The position numbers and the translations under genes were made by a program. Positions 12,282 to 22,917 of a DNA stretch of 64,000 bases are shown in pieces. Position 1 is the first letter of the stretch, and each line of letters opens with the position of its first letter. The DNA lies in NCBI GenBank assembly GCA_963924565.1, contig OZ004612.1, positions 9,362,001 through 9,426,000 on the forward strand. The letters are read 5' to 3'. This DNA is from Ascidiella aspersa. Its lineage: Eukaryota. The notes under the pieces were generated by a model. The model ran no database searches. It saw only the letters and a list, made by a program, of their open reading frames with translations, and was not told the origin of the DNA.

Positions 12282-15200
12282 TTTATTGAGAATAGAATGG
12301 CGGTTGGTCGAGAAAACGTCACAAACATCGATGGCCTGTACACAAGCAAGATAAAGAAACAAAAAATAAACTAAAACTCGGTGAAGACGCCCAAATAAAT
12401 AAACGACGAATAATAATTTACACTTCTATAATGCTATTTGCAACGAAGAAAAAGGGCGAATCATTTAGTACGAAGAAAGTCACGCGAAAAAATTGCGCCT
12501 TCTGTTACATGCTCACGGGGAGCGCGATATGGCATCGATTTCACTTGGTAAATCTAGTTCAGCAAAAACGCAGGGACGCCCGAAGGTTCTGTAGTAGTTT
12601 TATACACCTTGGTGACAATGGAAAAAAGAGCAAGGCGATTCTACATATACACAGTCGAAAATACACACAAACACGCGTATGCATGCGAGAAAAAAATCAT
12701 CTACAAACAATAAACGCATTGGAGGCCTGGACATCGCTGTACAGCAGTTGTATAAGGCACTGTCATATCTATCTGTCAAGGTTCAACGACGCGTTACAAC
12801 CCAACAAAGGGTCGCGGGCGCAAAACAAACAGGGGCGGGTTGGCTGCGGCGTGCCGTGTGCAAAAGGCTTTCGGCGAAAACTGGAAACAGGGGATACGGG
12901 AAAGTGTAATAAATGTACAGCAGTTTGACACGCGCACAGCAGGGCGGGAAAAATTAAAAACGACAAAAATGAACAAGGTAAAATAGGCGAAACAAAACAA
13001 CACAACAACAAACTCTTATTACCAGGGTTTGCTATTATTTACACACGTTATTACCAACGCATTTGGAACAAAAATAAAACGGAAAAACGTGGCGCGCCTA
13101 CGCCCGGAGCCGGTTCGACCGAAAAGACGAGTTGTTTTTTTCAGTTCGGGGCCGCTCAGTCTGTCTACGTCACAGTTGGCCGCGGGGATTTTGGGGGCGC
13201 GCGCGATCGACTCAGCTCGAGAACTTACCTTCCCGGAGCTAGAGCGCACAACGCGACACGCTTCGTTGACCCCGGTTTCGACCGACTGAGTACGCAGCAG
13301 CCCGGAAACGGTTCGCTGGCTTTACCGAACCCCGGAAGCGGCGCGTATTCGGACGAATAAAACAAAATGAGTACGAAACGAAAAGTACACACGTCAAAGC
13401 CATGCAATCGGGATCAAAATGATGTCGATCTTTCTCGGTGTCATTCTCTTGTATCATTGAAACCAACTTAAAGTTGTCATGCAGGTTTTTTTTTCAAATC
13501 AAATGAAATAAAAATATTTTTTTCTCTCTCAAGCAGATCTTTTGAAACGAACGTGCTGGGTGTGTGGGGTGATGAAATAATAATCGAAAATAATATAAAA
13601 TGCAGGGCCGAACTATCTTACTAAAAATAGTTTGGCCAAATGAAAAATAAATTCAAGGAGAAATTCCTAATTTCCAATATATCGATGTTGTTGTTTTCGA
13701 GGTAAAAGCGAAACTGAACTATCGCTGGTTGGAAAATATTACTTTCGTCGACGTGGAGGTGCATCGTCGCGCTCGAATGGACGCAAATGGCTGGAGGGCG
13801 AGACGCGAAAAACGGTTTGCTAAAAATTGGCGGGTGAGGTAATTCTGTGGAAATGGCGCTTTAACTTGAAAAAGAAGAAAAAAAACGCGAAGGCATTCCG
13901 ATCAAATCAAGAAGAACCGGGTTCTCTCTTTCTCTCTCTCTCGGTTAAACGCGCGCCTTTTCTCTTTTAACGCCTCTCTCGTTTTTGCGAGAGAAAAGCG
14001 AACCGCCGCCGAGCCGCAGCTTTGTGACGTAGAGCGCCAGAGGGCATCGCGTGACAAGCGAGCTAGGCACCGAAATGGATTTAGCGCGAGCTTGTCACGA
14101 CTTTTATCTCGCGAGGAGTGCGGTGTTTTGGGTCGATGCAGGATTTTTTGCCTCGCGCTCTTGAAACAGCAGCGAAAAGGTACAGTTTCGGCGACGGCCT
14201 ATGGCGGTGCTTCTTTTTTCTACGCGAAAACATAAGTACACAAGGGGCGATTCGAAGCGGTATGTTTTTTTTTTGGCAAATTGCAACTCTTTTGTCGCGC
14301 GACACGAATGTCGCGTTTTCCACTCGCGATTTCATTGTCGCAAGGGAACTGCGCAAAACGGTAAAGGCACTAGTAGTCGTATTATAGCGAAAACATTACA
14401 TATTGTAAAACACAGGGTTAAATAAACGCGGATTTCACGATAAAATCGATAGTGTTTAACATTTTATTGCGTACAGGGCGACTTGTATTTTTTCATCTTT
14501 TCACGTACGTATTTATATATATATATATATATATTTTTGTATATAGTTGCTAACATTTCCTAAAAGGCGAGAGAAGTAGTCGTTGGATAAAAAAATGCTA
14601 GAAAAATTGCGGCGTTCGTTCATTGCGCGGGCAGTGGAAAAAACAAAATGGTGGCGACCGGACATAGCTGGAATTATCCGGCCGCTTACAGAAAGTTGTG
14701 CTGTGCTGAAAGCTTCGCGCTTCGCTCGAGCCCTATCGTATACGATCGTGTGGTATAGCTTGGTGCCAAGATGACGTCGGTGAACGTGTGGGTGTTTTTG
14801 AGGGGTTTGGTATGACTAGGGGGTTGTGAATTTAGGGGGGTGGAGGTTTATTTAACATTGCACGGTGTCGCTTATTTCGCTTGAGTCTACAATTCGTTCG
14901 TGGCTTCAGAAGTCGACCATCACTCGGATCCCGATAACATGACGATAACGCGCGCGCGAACGTCACTTCCGGTTGCGAAGGGGCGCCACCTGCCGGCCAC
15001 ATTACCATGGCCGCTTGGCGGCGCCCTACCGCGTCGAATAGTAACCGCGTGTGGCGGACCCCTGTCGCTATCATTACCGAAGCGAGGGCGCGGTGGGCTT
15101 GCCCCTGTTTTAAAAGCAGGGGGCATCGCCGCGCCGCGCGCAGGGGGCAGCCTCAGCGGTTAGTGACGTCACACAATGCGGAAATGGTGTTAGTTGCGGA

Positions 15201-15579
15201 AAATCGTTAGTGCGTGGCGATTTGCGCCGCCCCTCGCCCGGCTGCCTTCAAAAGGGCCGACGCGAGCGGCAAGCGCCGAAATGAAGAACGGAAGCAAGAC
15301 TAAGCATGCGCAAGGTACAAGTAGCTGCTGGCTGAATGCGCGCGGTCGCCGCTGCCCAGTCGAGCCTCCTTTTCGACTAGAGACTGTTGCCGACGTGGGC
15401 TGCGGCGTCTCGCGCGCAAACAGTGAAGGGAATAAAGCTTGATTTTTCGTTTATGGTACATCTCCTAGTGTAGGAGAACAAATAATTGCCGTAACCGACT
15501 GGTTACGATTCTTGGCACGAGGGCTGGACCCGTCGGTCGTCGCCGGGCAAGGGCGTCAGTTGACGGGGGGCTCCGTAGA
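12282..15579 (-). other. Probable long 3' UTR of the NPAS4-like gene (extent uncertain)
   Basis: The minus strand is U-rich. Candidate AATAAA signals lie at 14847-14852, 14463-14468 and 12282-12287, and an AU-rich TTTATTTATTT at 12393-12403. Confidence 0.4.
14514..14533. repeat. (AT)n microsatellite
   Basis: About 10 TA units; a second (AT)n run lies at ~43074-43091. Confidence 0.85.
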
Positions 15580-15624
15580 TCAAGCAAGATAGGGTGAGGT
15601 CTCCGACTCGCAAAAGAGCATTTC
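15580..15624 (-). CDS. NPAS4: NPAS4-like, tiny terminal coding exon (EMLFCESETSPYLA*)
   Basis: A pyrimidine tract ending ttttattcgcag| is followed by 14 codons and TGA. Phase 0 matches the previous donor. Confidence 0.7.
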   Translation of the reverse strand, partial: EMLFCESETSPYLA

Positions 15625-15819
15625 CTGCGAATAAAAAAAGAAAAAATTAGTTATATTTCTATCCACACAAAACTAAAATACTTTTACAAGTGTTAACCTA
15701 AACATTAGCCGAGTTTGAAAATGTTGTCAATGTAGTAACTTAACTCTGAAGATAAGCTATAAAAATAGGGATAATGAAACGCATTCCACAACGTTAAGGA
15801 GAGAAGGCAGTGGACTTAC

Positions 15820-17377
15820 GGTGGCGCTCATGTTTCCGTACTTCCTCATCCACTCCTGGCCCCCTTCGATCATGACGTCACCGCGCTGCTGCGACCCCTG
15901 GGTGGCCGCGTAAAAGGCGGCGGCAGCGGCTTGGTACTGCTGCATGGCTGAAGGGTGGGCGGGGGAGATGGAGTATTGGACTTGGTAGGGCTTCTCCTGC
16001 TGCTGCTGCATCTGCTGGTGGTGCTGCTGCATCTGGTGGCTCCCCTCCGACACGTAGGAGGAGGGAGAGTAGATCTGTTGCTGCTGCTGGTGGCTGGAGA
16101 AGTCCGGAGAACATGTAGGCGGAGAGGAAGGATCGTAGTTAGATCCTCCGGAGCAGGAGTGGCTGGGACTAAACTGCTGCTGCTGCTGCGGGGACACGAC
16201 TCCGCACTGGAGCGGGGAGCGGTGCGGCTCCTCCTTGACTCCCATCTCGGAGCCGCACTGGCTCCCGTAGGGAGAAGAGGACTGGCGGCTGCTGGAGTAG
16301 CGCCACTGCCTCTGCTGCTGCTGGCACGAGGTGTTCACGTCATAGCCCGCCGAGCAGGACTGCATCGAGCGTGCGCATGACGTCATGCTGGCGCAGGAGG
16401 ACGCGGCGGCGCTGCTGTGCGCCACGTCACTGTCGATGATGTCACTCACGTCGCGGAAGAGCCCGTCGACGGAGGGTCGCGCTACGGTCGAGACGCGCTT
16501 GGGGCTCCTCGGCTGCGACATCTGCAGATTGAGGGGCGAGTGGGGAGAGCGACGTGGGGACGACTGGGCGGGCTGGCTGCACGGCGACACGTTGTTGGGG
16601 TAGTAGTCGGCCCCTTGGGGAGAGTACTGCGAGCTCACGTAGTAGCTACTCTGTTGTTGCTGCTGCTGGTAGGATACAGCGGCCACGTTGTTGTTCTGGT
16701 TCAGCTGGTTGGAGTGGCCGTTGACGGGCGACGCGGACGTGACGGGCGAGCGGTCCGACGTCTGGCGCAGGGTGAGGGTGTCGGGGCGCACTGGAGCCAG
16801 GGTCGTGTAGCCGCCTTCGTACAGGTAGCCCTGGGCGGCCGCGGCTGCTCCGGCGCCGTGCAGTTGCGACATGAAGGACTCCTCGGGCCCGAAGCTGTGT
16901 CGGTAGAAGACGTGCGGGTGATGGTAAGAAGCAGCCGCCGCTTCTGGGTAAGAGGCCGAGTGCTGCAACGGCGAATGGTAGGCCGTTGCGGTCGGGTAGG
17001 AGATGTCGGACGCAGCTCGGATCAGCATCTTATTTGGCGGGACTGCGAACATCTCTCCCCCGCCGGCTGCCGCGCCGTAAGGACCTACAGATCCGTCGAC
17101 CGAGCTGATTTTGCGCTTCATGATCTCGCGACGCAGGATCGACTTGGCGTCCATGCTGTCGGCGTACACGTGCGGCATGTAGTGGCCGGCCGCTTCTGGG
17201 TGCACCACGCCGGTCGGTGACGTCATCGGTGACGTGCTGACCGAGTTGACGTCAGTGTTGAGCGCGCCGCTCAGGAGCGTTGAGCGGTAGGCCAGGTACT
17301 GGCGCTGGTGCTCGGTGTAGTGCTCCGGGAAGGGAAGCAGGTTGTGGTGGATGCGAAAGTAAGGCACGTCCTCCTCA
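15820..17377 (-). CDS. NPAS4: NPAS4-like, large exon encoding an S/Q/P/Y/H-rich low-complexity transactivation region
   Basis: Acceptor tttcag|, donor ACC|gtaagt, 1558 nt, same frame as ORF 15757..17367. Contains poly-Q and poly-A runs and a basic stretch RREIMKRK. Confidence 0.88.
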
Positions 17378-17795
17378 CTGAAACAAAGATGAAGTTGTTT
17401 TTTATTTGGGATATAAAGTGTAAAATTGCAAAATTATTTTGAATGCGACTTTTACTTTTTTTAGTTCAAACATTTGATTTCTTTATTTTGAGTTGAAAAC
17501 TTTAAGTGGTTTGACCGTTTTTTAATTAGGCTTTCTTATTTATAAGCATTACGTTCGCAACCTTGAGTTCTAGCATCATTTTGTACAAAAAAAAGAGTTA
17601 TTCGAAACGTTTAAAATGGTACCTACTTCTGTATGGGTGTATTGATATTCTTATTACGTTTTGTTGAATACTTATCTAATTTTTCATTATCCTGAATTAT
17701 GTTGGTTAACCCTCCCGATAGCTACCAGTGTGCTGCCCTAATTGCGTTTCAATGAGATTGCTGAGACACAAAATGGCGGCCAAACGTGTACTCAC

Positions 17796-17934
17796 TCGAT
17801 GACGATGTAGTTGCAGATGAAGGAGCTGCTGATGCTCTCCTGGGACTTTTCGGCGGTGACGTCAACCCAAACTAGGGAGCCGTCTTTCTTGACCATACGC
17901 AGAACGCAGGCGAACGCCGAGCCGTCTTCTTTCA
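17796..17934 (-). CDS. NPAS4: NPAS4-like, PAC exon (not in the ORF track)
   Basis: Acceptor gctcag|, donor GA|gtgagt. KEDGSAFACVLRMVKKDGSLVWVDVTAEKSQESISSSFICNYIVI fits the PAC motif (R...KDG..VWV...NY.I). Confidence 0.9.
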
Positions 17935-18223
17935 CTGAGCACAAACAAAAGGCGAATGGTTAGCCGAGAGTAGCGTACTTGTAAACGGTAAACATAAAGC
18001 TAGGAAGCTACAGCGGGTGATTGCAATTTAATTACGCCACAACGTCCGGGGTGCCATCCGCGTTTCCAGTACTGCTCGTGTCAGCAATACGCATTGTCTA
18101 TCGGACGCTGGAAATTTCGCGCTCTGTTTACATCCGCTTTTCAGTCGAACTCGAATTTTGAGCATCCTGCGTGCGTGCTTTGGGTCAGGGCGCGTGGAAA
18201 ATAAAGCAAAGGTGGGGGCTCAC

Positions 18224-18344
18224 CGAATTTGAGGTGCTGCTGGCGCGCTTGGGCCAGGTCCTCGGGGTAAACCCACTCGTACCAGCTGGTGTTCTCCAGT
18301 TCTTCGGGCTCGTAGCCGAGCAGGGTCTGAACTGTGTTGGGGAC
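18224..18344 (-). CDS. NPAS4: NPAS4-like, PAS-B exon
   Basis: Acceptor ttcttcaag|, donor G|gtgagc. VPNTVQTLLGYEPEELENTSWYEWVYPEDLAQARQQHLKF carries the NPAS4-type SWY..HPEDL motif. Confidence 0.92.
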
Positions 18345-18614
18345 CTTGAAGAAAAAAGAGAGAATTAAAAACAACGAAAGAGAGTAAAAAACGAAAAGAT
18401 GGAGTTATCGAAAGAAAAAGAGAGTTAAAATTTGATTTTTGAACCAATCAAGTCATTTCCTTTCCAGCTACAATTCCGAGCTAAAACCACATTCAAACTT
18501 CCTAAATGTGAATCTTAATTTAAAGTTAAAAATCATGCACCACATTTCAAATTAACCCGAAAACACTCAACAATTAAGAAACAGTAGTTTAATCAGTTTA
18601 AATAGAAAACTTAC

Positions 18615-18794
18615 CTCGAGGAACTTCATGTCGGGTCCATGGACCGCCTTGAATTCGGTGGCCCTCGGGCTAGGATGATGACGCACGTCGGTCACCGGCT
18701 TGGATTCGATCGGTGTGCAAACGGCAAAGAAAACGGTGTCCGACCAGTCGCTGCTCATCTCAGGCCTGTGGTAGCGTCCGGTCACGTGGACAAT
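18615..18794 (-). CDS. NPAS4: NPAS4-like, PAS-A end / linker / PAS-B start
   Basis: Acceptor cgcag|, donor |gtaagt, 180 nt. IVHVTGRYH...VFFAVCTPI...FKAVHGPDMKFLE. Confidence 0.9.
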
Positions 18795-19079
18795 CTGCGG
18801 CGCGCGATTGGTCGGTTAGATTTTTGAAGCAAAACCAGTTTGCATTTTGAAGAATGCCTTTTATGTACAGCGCAATTTACTACACTGGCGTGGGAAAATT
18901 ATGTACTCAATTTGGTCGGTTATATTTTAAAGCAAAACAAGTTTGAATTTTTTCAAAAGTGTTTTATGTAGAGCGCACTTTACTACATCGGCTTTTAAGA
19001 TTTCTAGATTATTAAAAAGGATTTTTTTCTTGAAAGCTACATTTCAATATTTTTATTATTAGACTGAATTTGCGTATAC

Positions 19080-19265
19080 CTTGTTCTTCCATGATCTCAT
19101 TTGTGTCTTCATGTAGCGCGAAGTAGCCATTCTGCAGTAGAAGGACAGCTTCCTGGCCTCGCCGTGGTCGTCATGGGGCGCCACGTCCAGCTGCGCCCGT
19201 ATCTGGTCGTGGTCCTCCTTGTCCACGAAGTCGTAGATACTGTCTCCCTGGCTGGCCAGCTCGAC
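19080..19265 (-). CDS. NPAS4: NPAS4-like, PAS-A exon 2 (not in the ORF track)
   Basis: Acceptor ttttttaag|, donor |gtatac, 186 nt, phase 0/0. VELASQGDSIYDFVDKEDHDQIRAQL...SFYCRMATSRYMK resembles the NPAS4-diagnostic VDLVAQGDSIYDIIDPADH. Confidence 0.92.
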
Positions 19266-19338
19266 CTTAAAAAACGAGATTCGGAAATTTAGCCGGGCGT
19301 CTGCGGGGTTTAGGAGGCAAAAATCCGGCGAAACTCAC

Positions 19339-19484
19339 CACTGTGTTGCCGAGGTAGTCGAGGATGTTGTCGGACGAGTATAGGATCTTGCCTTCGCGAT
19401 TGAAGACCAGGAGGAAGCCGCAAAGGGACGAGGAAAACTCCGGCACGAGAGCGCAGCTCATCGATGCGTCACAGCTCAGGCATT
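19339..19484 (-). CDS. NPAS4: NPAS4-like, PAS-A exon 1
   Basis: Acceptor ctttgcag|, donor |gtgagt. LCGFLLVFNREGKILYSSDNILDYLGNTV is a typical PAS-A start (NPAS4 LPGFLLVFTAEGKLLYLSE). Confidence 0.92.
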
Positions 19485-20801
19485 CTGCAAAGAGAATCGA
19501 CGGACGTTGAGATTTCTGCGCTCAAGACGCGAAGACACGCAGGTCGGTCGGTTTCCCCGCAACCGGACAATGGAGGCACGGGCGCGGGAGTTTTGGCGTC
19601 ATGCGCATCCTGTGTATTGTAGCGCGTCAATGGCGGCTGTCGAGGATGTGCAGCAGCAGTCAGCAGGTGCCGCGTTCGCCATTGTTTTCGACTCGTTATA
19701 CTGACAGCTCGGCTCGTTAGCGCGATGCAGCCGCTGTCACTCGTCAATAAAGCGGGATTGTTTTTGTTGTTGTTGTTTTGTTGCTGGACTTTTTTTCAGA
19801 AAGCGAGTGGGGAAGGGGGTGGGGAGAAAGGCGCGCGCCCGAGTGGAGTAGAGGGGCGAAAATTGCCATAAACGCGCCCATTATAAAGGCATTACGACGT
19901 CGCTCGCTCGGAACGTAAACAGGCGATTTTTCGTCAAATAGACTCGAATGCGCTACGAAGCTAAATTGGCGGCGAAATTGTCCTAAGGTCGCGGCCAAGT
20001 GGGGCCCCTGAAGTGCATAATGGCAATTTTGAGTCATCTCGAGAATTCCTTTGTTTGCCGTACACATTTAAATCGACCAGCGCATGCCGGGAGATTACAA
20101 TTAAAAGCGCAATTACAAACAAAACGCTTATTCGCTCCGTAGAGTTTTATTTATGAAATCGAATTGAATTTTTTATAATTTTTAAGGGCTTAATTGGGAC
20201 TTTATTGTCCAGGCAAACAAAGGCTCACATTATTTGCGCGCGTCGGACACGATTTTTTTTGACAATAGAGTAGTTCGTTTTAAGAGAACAATTAAAAAAT
20301 AGCGTTCGAGTGCAGGAGCTCGTTCAAACCGATCCCACTGGATATGACTTGGCCAAATTAAAGTTACAGAACAAATATAGCAAAGTAATTGAAACGAACG
20401 AATTTTTATGTAAGTGCGGAGATATTTTTTTGCCAAACAATATTTTTTTTCGTATGTTAGGCAAGCCTCCGTAGACAAGTAATTGTTAGGACAAAAATAC
20501 TATAGAACAAAAATACCAAGTAATGTGAAATAAATTTTGTTTGCCTCGAAGGTTGGGTGAACCCCAGTAACACGAGGAATTACAGCTGTTGAAAAAAATG
20601 CTAAGGTTAAATAAAAGTTTACTTTGTATAAAAAAAAAATCCCGCAAAATCCAATCATGTTTTTCACTATTTGCTATAAGACCGCCGAGTTTTAATATCA
20701 GACCGTGTATACGAACAACGCACAACGGCCATTTACAAAATAAATAGTTTTACAAAACTATTGCATTTACAAACAGCCTATAAACAAAAAAGCGAGCGAA
20801 C

Positions 20802-21031
20802 CTTTCTTGAAGAAGGTCGCCTTGCGGATGAAGGTATTCGTAAGGGCGAGGATTCCGAGGTAGGAGAGGCGCTCCCTGGCGCTCTTCTTGAGTGGGAGGA
20901 GGTTCTGAAGCTCCCGAATCTCGGCGTTGATCAGATCGCGCCTCTTCTTGGACAAAATGCGTGGCTCGGGGCCGTCGTTGACCGCTGTGGTCGGTTCCAC
21001 CGCTGGTACGTTGCTGGTAGGGTTCCAACGT
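20802..21031 (-). CDS. NPAS4: NPAS4-like, bHLH exon
   Basis: SKKRRDLINAEIRELQNLLPLKKSARERLSYLGILALTNTFIRKATFF resembles NPAS4 '[21 protein letters not shown]...[21 protein letters not shown]'. Acceptor aacag| with an upstream CTAAC branch-like site; donor G|gttcgc. Confidence 0.9.
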
Positions 21032-21437
21032 CTGTTCATAGGCGAATGTTTACAAACCCGAGTAAAACCAGGATCAGTTTTTGAGAATGAAATGTTAGTT
21101 CAGGTAAGGCTTCAACCGCATTAAAAAGCAGAGGAGTTTATATTAAAAAAAAAAACGCCAAATAAATAATTAATTGCGGCGCAAAATTAAATATGGAAGA
21201 ATTTTGTAAGTAGAACGCTATACGGGCTTTTCATTTGTCTGTGAGGTTGTTATTTCAATTTGTTAATTTGTGAGGAGATAAGAAGCGCGACGAAATTGCT
21301 TTTTGTATAGCTCAGAAGGACAACTGTAAAATTGGCCAACGCCGAATTTTTTGGTATAAAAGTTTATCCGCACAATACACGCCGTATTCAAAATTGGAAA
21401 ATACGTCTTTGAAAGAATTAATAACTCGCGAACTCAC

Positions 21438-21563
21438 CCGCTCATGATGGACTGTGAAAAAAGGATGCACTCGTTCTTGACGCGTATGTTCGAGTCGGCT
21501 TTCTGTGGTGGGATGTCGACAACTGGGTGCAGCGGCGAGCGCTGATGTTGCATTACGAAGCTC
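21438..21563 (-). CDS. NPAS4-like, predicted coding exon 2 (N-terminal extension)
   Basis: Acceptor ctttttccag|, donor GG|gtgagt. Open frame (A)SFVMQHQRSPLHPVVDIPPQKADSNIRVKNECILFSQSIMS(G), phase-compatible on both sides. Confidence 0.65.
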
Positions 21564-21960
21564 CTGGAAAAAGGGCGCAAAGGCAAGGGTTAGCGAAACT
21601 CGATAAAAACAAAAAGGCATCAAGCGGCAAAAGAAATCTCGAAAAACGCCCGGAAACGAGCTTGTGGGGTCGCGGAAAAATGAAGGTGCTTCCTTTTACG
21701 TAGTGGGCGTAAAAGTTGCGCGTCATTGATTTTTAGGTAATTAGCAGAACACGGTACACATACAATAACGCGAGAGTGAACAATTTTGAAGTCTCACGTG
21801 TCGAGCGGTATCCATCACATAGCGTAACTGCATATCGGTGACGAAAAGGTTTATTGGCGTGATAGCGATATCACTTTGATTGATTGAGGCGCGCGCTAAT
21901 TCGCAAATTTCGCGACACGATTTCGAACGTGCGTTGATGTATACTGCCTTCGAGGACGCG

Positions 21961-21970
21961 CCATATATGG
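21961..21970. promoter_or_regulatory. Perfect CArG box (SRF consensus) in predicted intron 1 of the NPAS4-like gene
   Basis: CCATATATGG = CC(A/T)6GG in a CpG-rich patch, with AACCAATCAG ~80 bp away. Confidence 0.4.
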
Positions 21971-22894
21971 ATTTTGCGTGGCCAGGGACCCAGTCCGTGC
22001 GTCGGCCTGGCCGGGAATCCAACAAAAAAAGGCGATTCGCTACTTCACGGAACCAATCAGCTTCGGGCACCTTTCGCGGAATAGGCGCGCATGCGCAGAA
22101 AGAGCGGTGTAGAAAAAAGGAAAAAATGGGAAGATTTGCAATTGCCAGATGGTCGCGAAGTTTCGCCCGAGCGTTTATTTCGTCCGACACACCCAGGGGC
22201 CTCTTCTGGCGCTGTCAGGAAATCCAGCTCGCCGCGCTGGGCAATTACTTAATTACGGCGCGCTAATGAAAGGCCCGAGCGATTTTTCCCATAATTTCGG
22301 CCCGGCATGACGCAATACGGCGGCCAGATCCAAAGAGGAAAATTGGCCGATAACTATGTGAACGGCGCAATGCGGCAGGTGCTTTGGACTGCGAAGTGCC
22401 CGGATTAGGGTTTGATCGACGGTAATAGCCGTTCAATGTGTACCCAACGTCGATCAACGTTGCTCGAAATATCACCACGCATTTACGCTAGTAGGGGTTA
22501 CGAAGCTCATTTGCGGTAACCAACAACGAGTAAACTACAGGGCTAACTGATTGTCGCATTTCTTTGAGTGACGCCAGGTAATCGATCTACTAAAAAACAC
22601 GAATAAAAACTACAGCAACTTTGAACAAACACACACTTGAAATAACAAGTTGCAACAAAATTTGAATACAACCTTTAACGACACAACTTGCTCTAACAAA
22701 AAAAGTTACATTTATAACAATTAATTACAGGAGCAATATTATTTACAAGTTGGGGTATTACTTCAACAAAATTCAGAAACTTGAAAGTTTTTTTTCAACT
22801 TTACCTTTCATATTTAACAACAATTTTTTGTCTAAAACCACCAACAATTTCGCGTAAGTTTTTATACCATACACATAAAAAAGACAAAACTTAC

Positions 22895-22917
22895 GCTGGC
22901 TTTCCGTTAGGCGCCAT
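22895..22917 (-). CDS. NPAS4-like bHLH-PAS factor, predicted first coding exon (MAPNGKP)
   Basis: The minus strand reads gcaaaATGGCGCCTAACGGAAAGCCAGC|gtaagt, with a strong Kozak context and a consensus donor. The phase-2 end joins in frame to the exon starting at 21563. Confidence 0.6.

Noticed and set aside
12431-12928. 165-aa + strand ORF
   Set aside because: It has no recognisable domain or coding-like composition and lies antisense in the probable 3' UTR.
15560-15582. Possible stop-codon readthrough of the NPAS4-like TGA
   Set aside because: The context TGA-TCTA is not the UGA-CUAG motif, and another stop follows within a few codons.
15757-15819. Hydrophobic ORF tail VSPLPSLLNVVECVSLSLFL
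   Set aside because: This is read-through into an intron after a consensus GTAAGT donor; a phase-compatible terminal exon exists at 15580-15624.
15955-17220. Long + strand ORFs (141 aa and 267 aa)
   Set aside because: They are antisense shadows of the GC-rich NPAS4-like exon; the poly-Leu runs are reverse-complemented CAG repeats.
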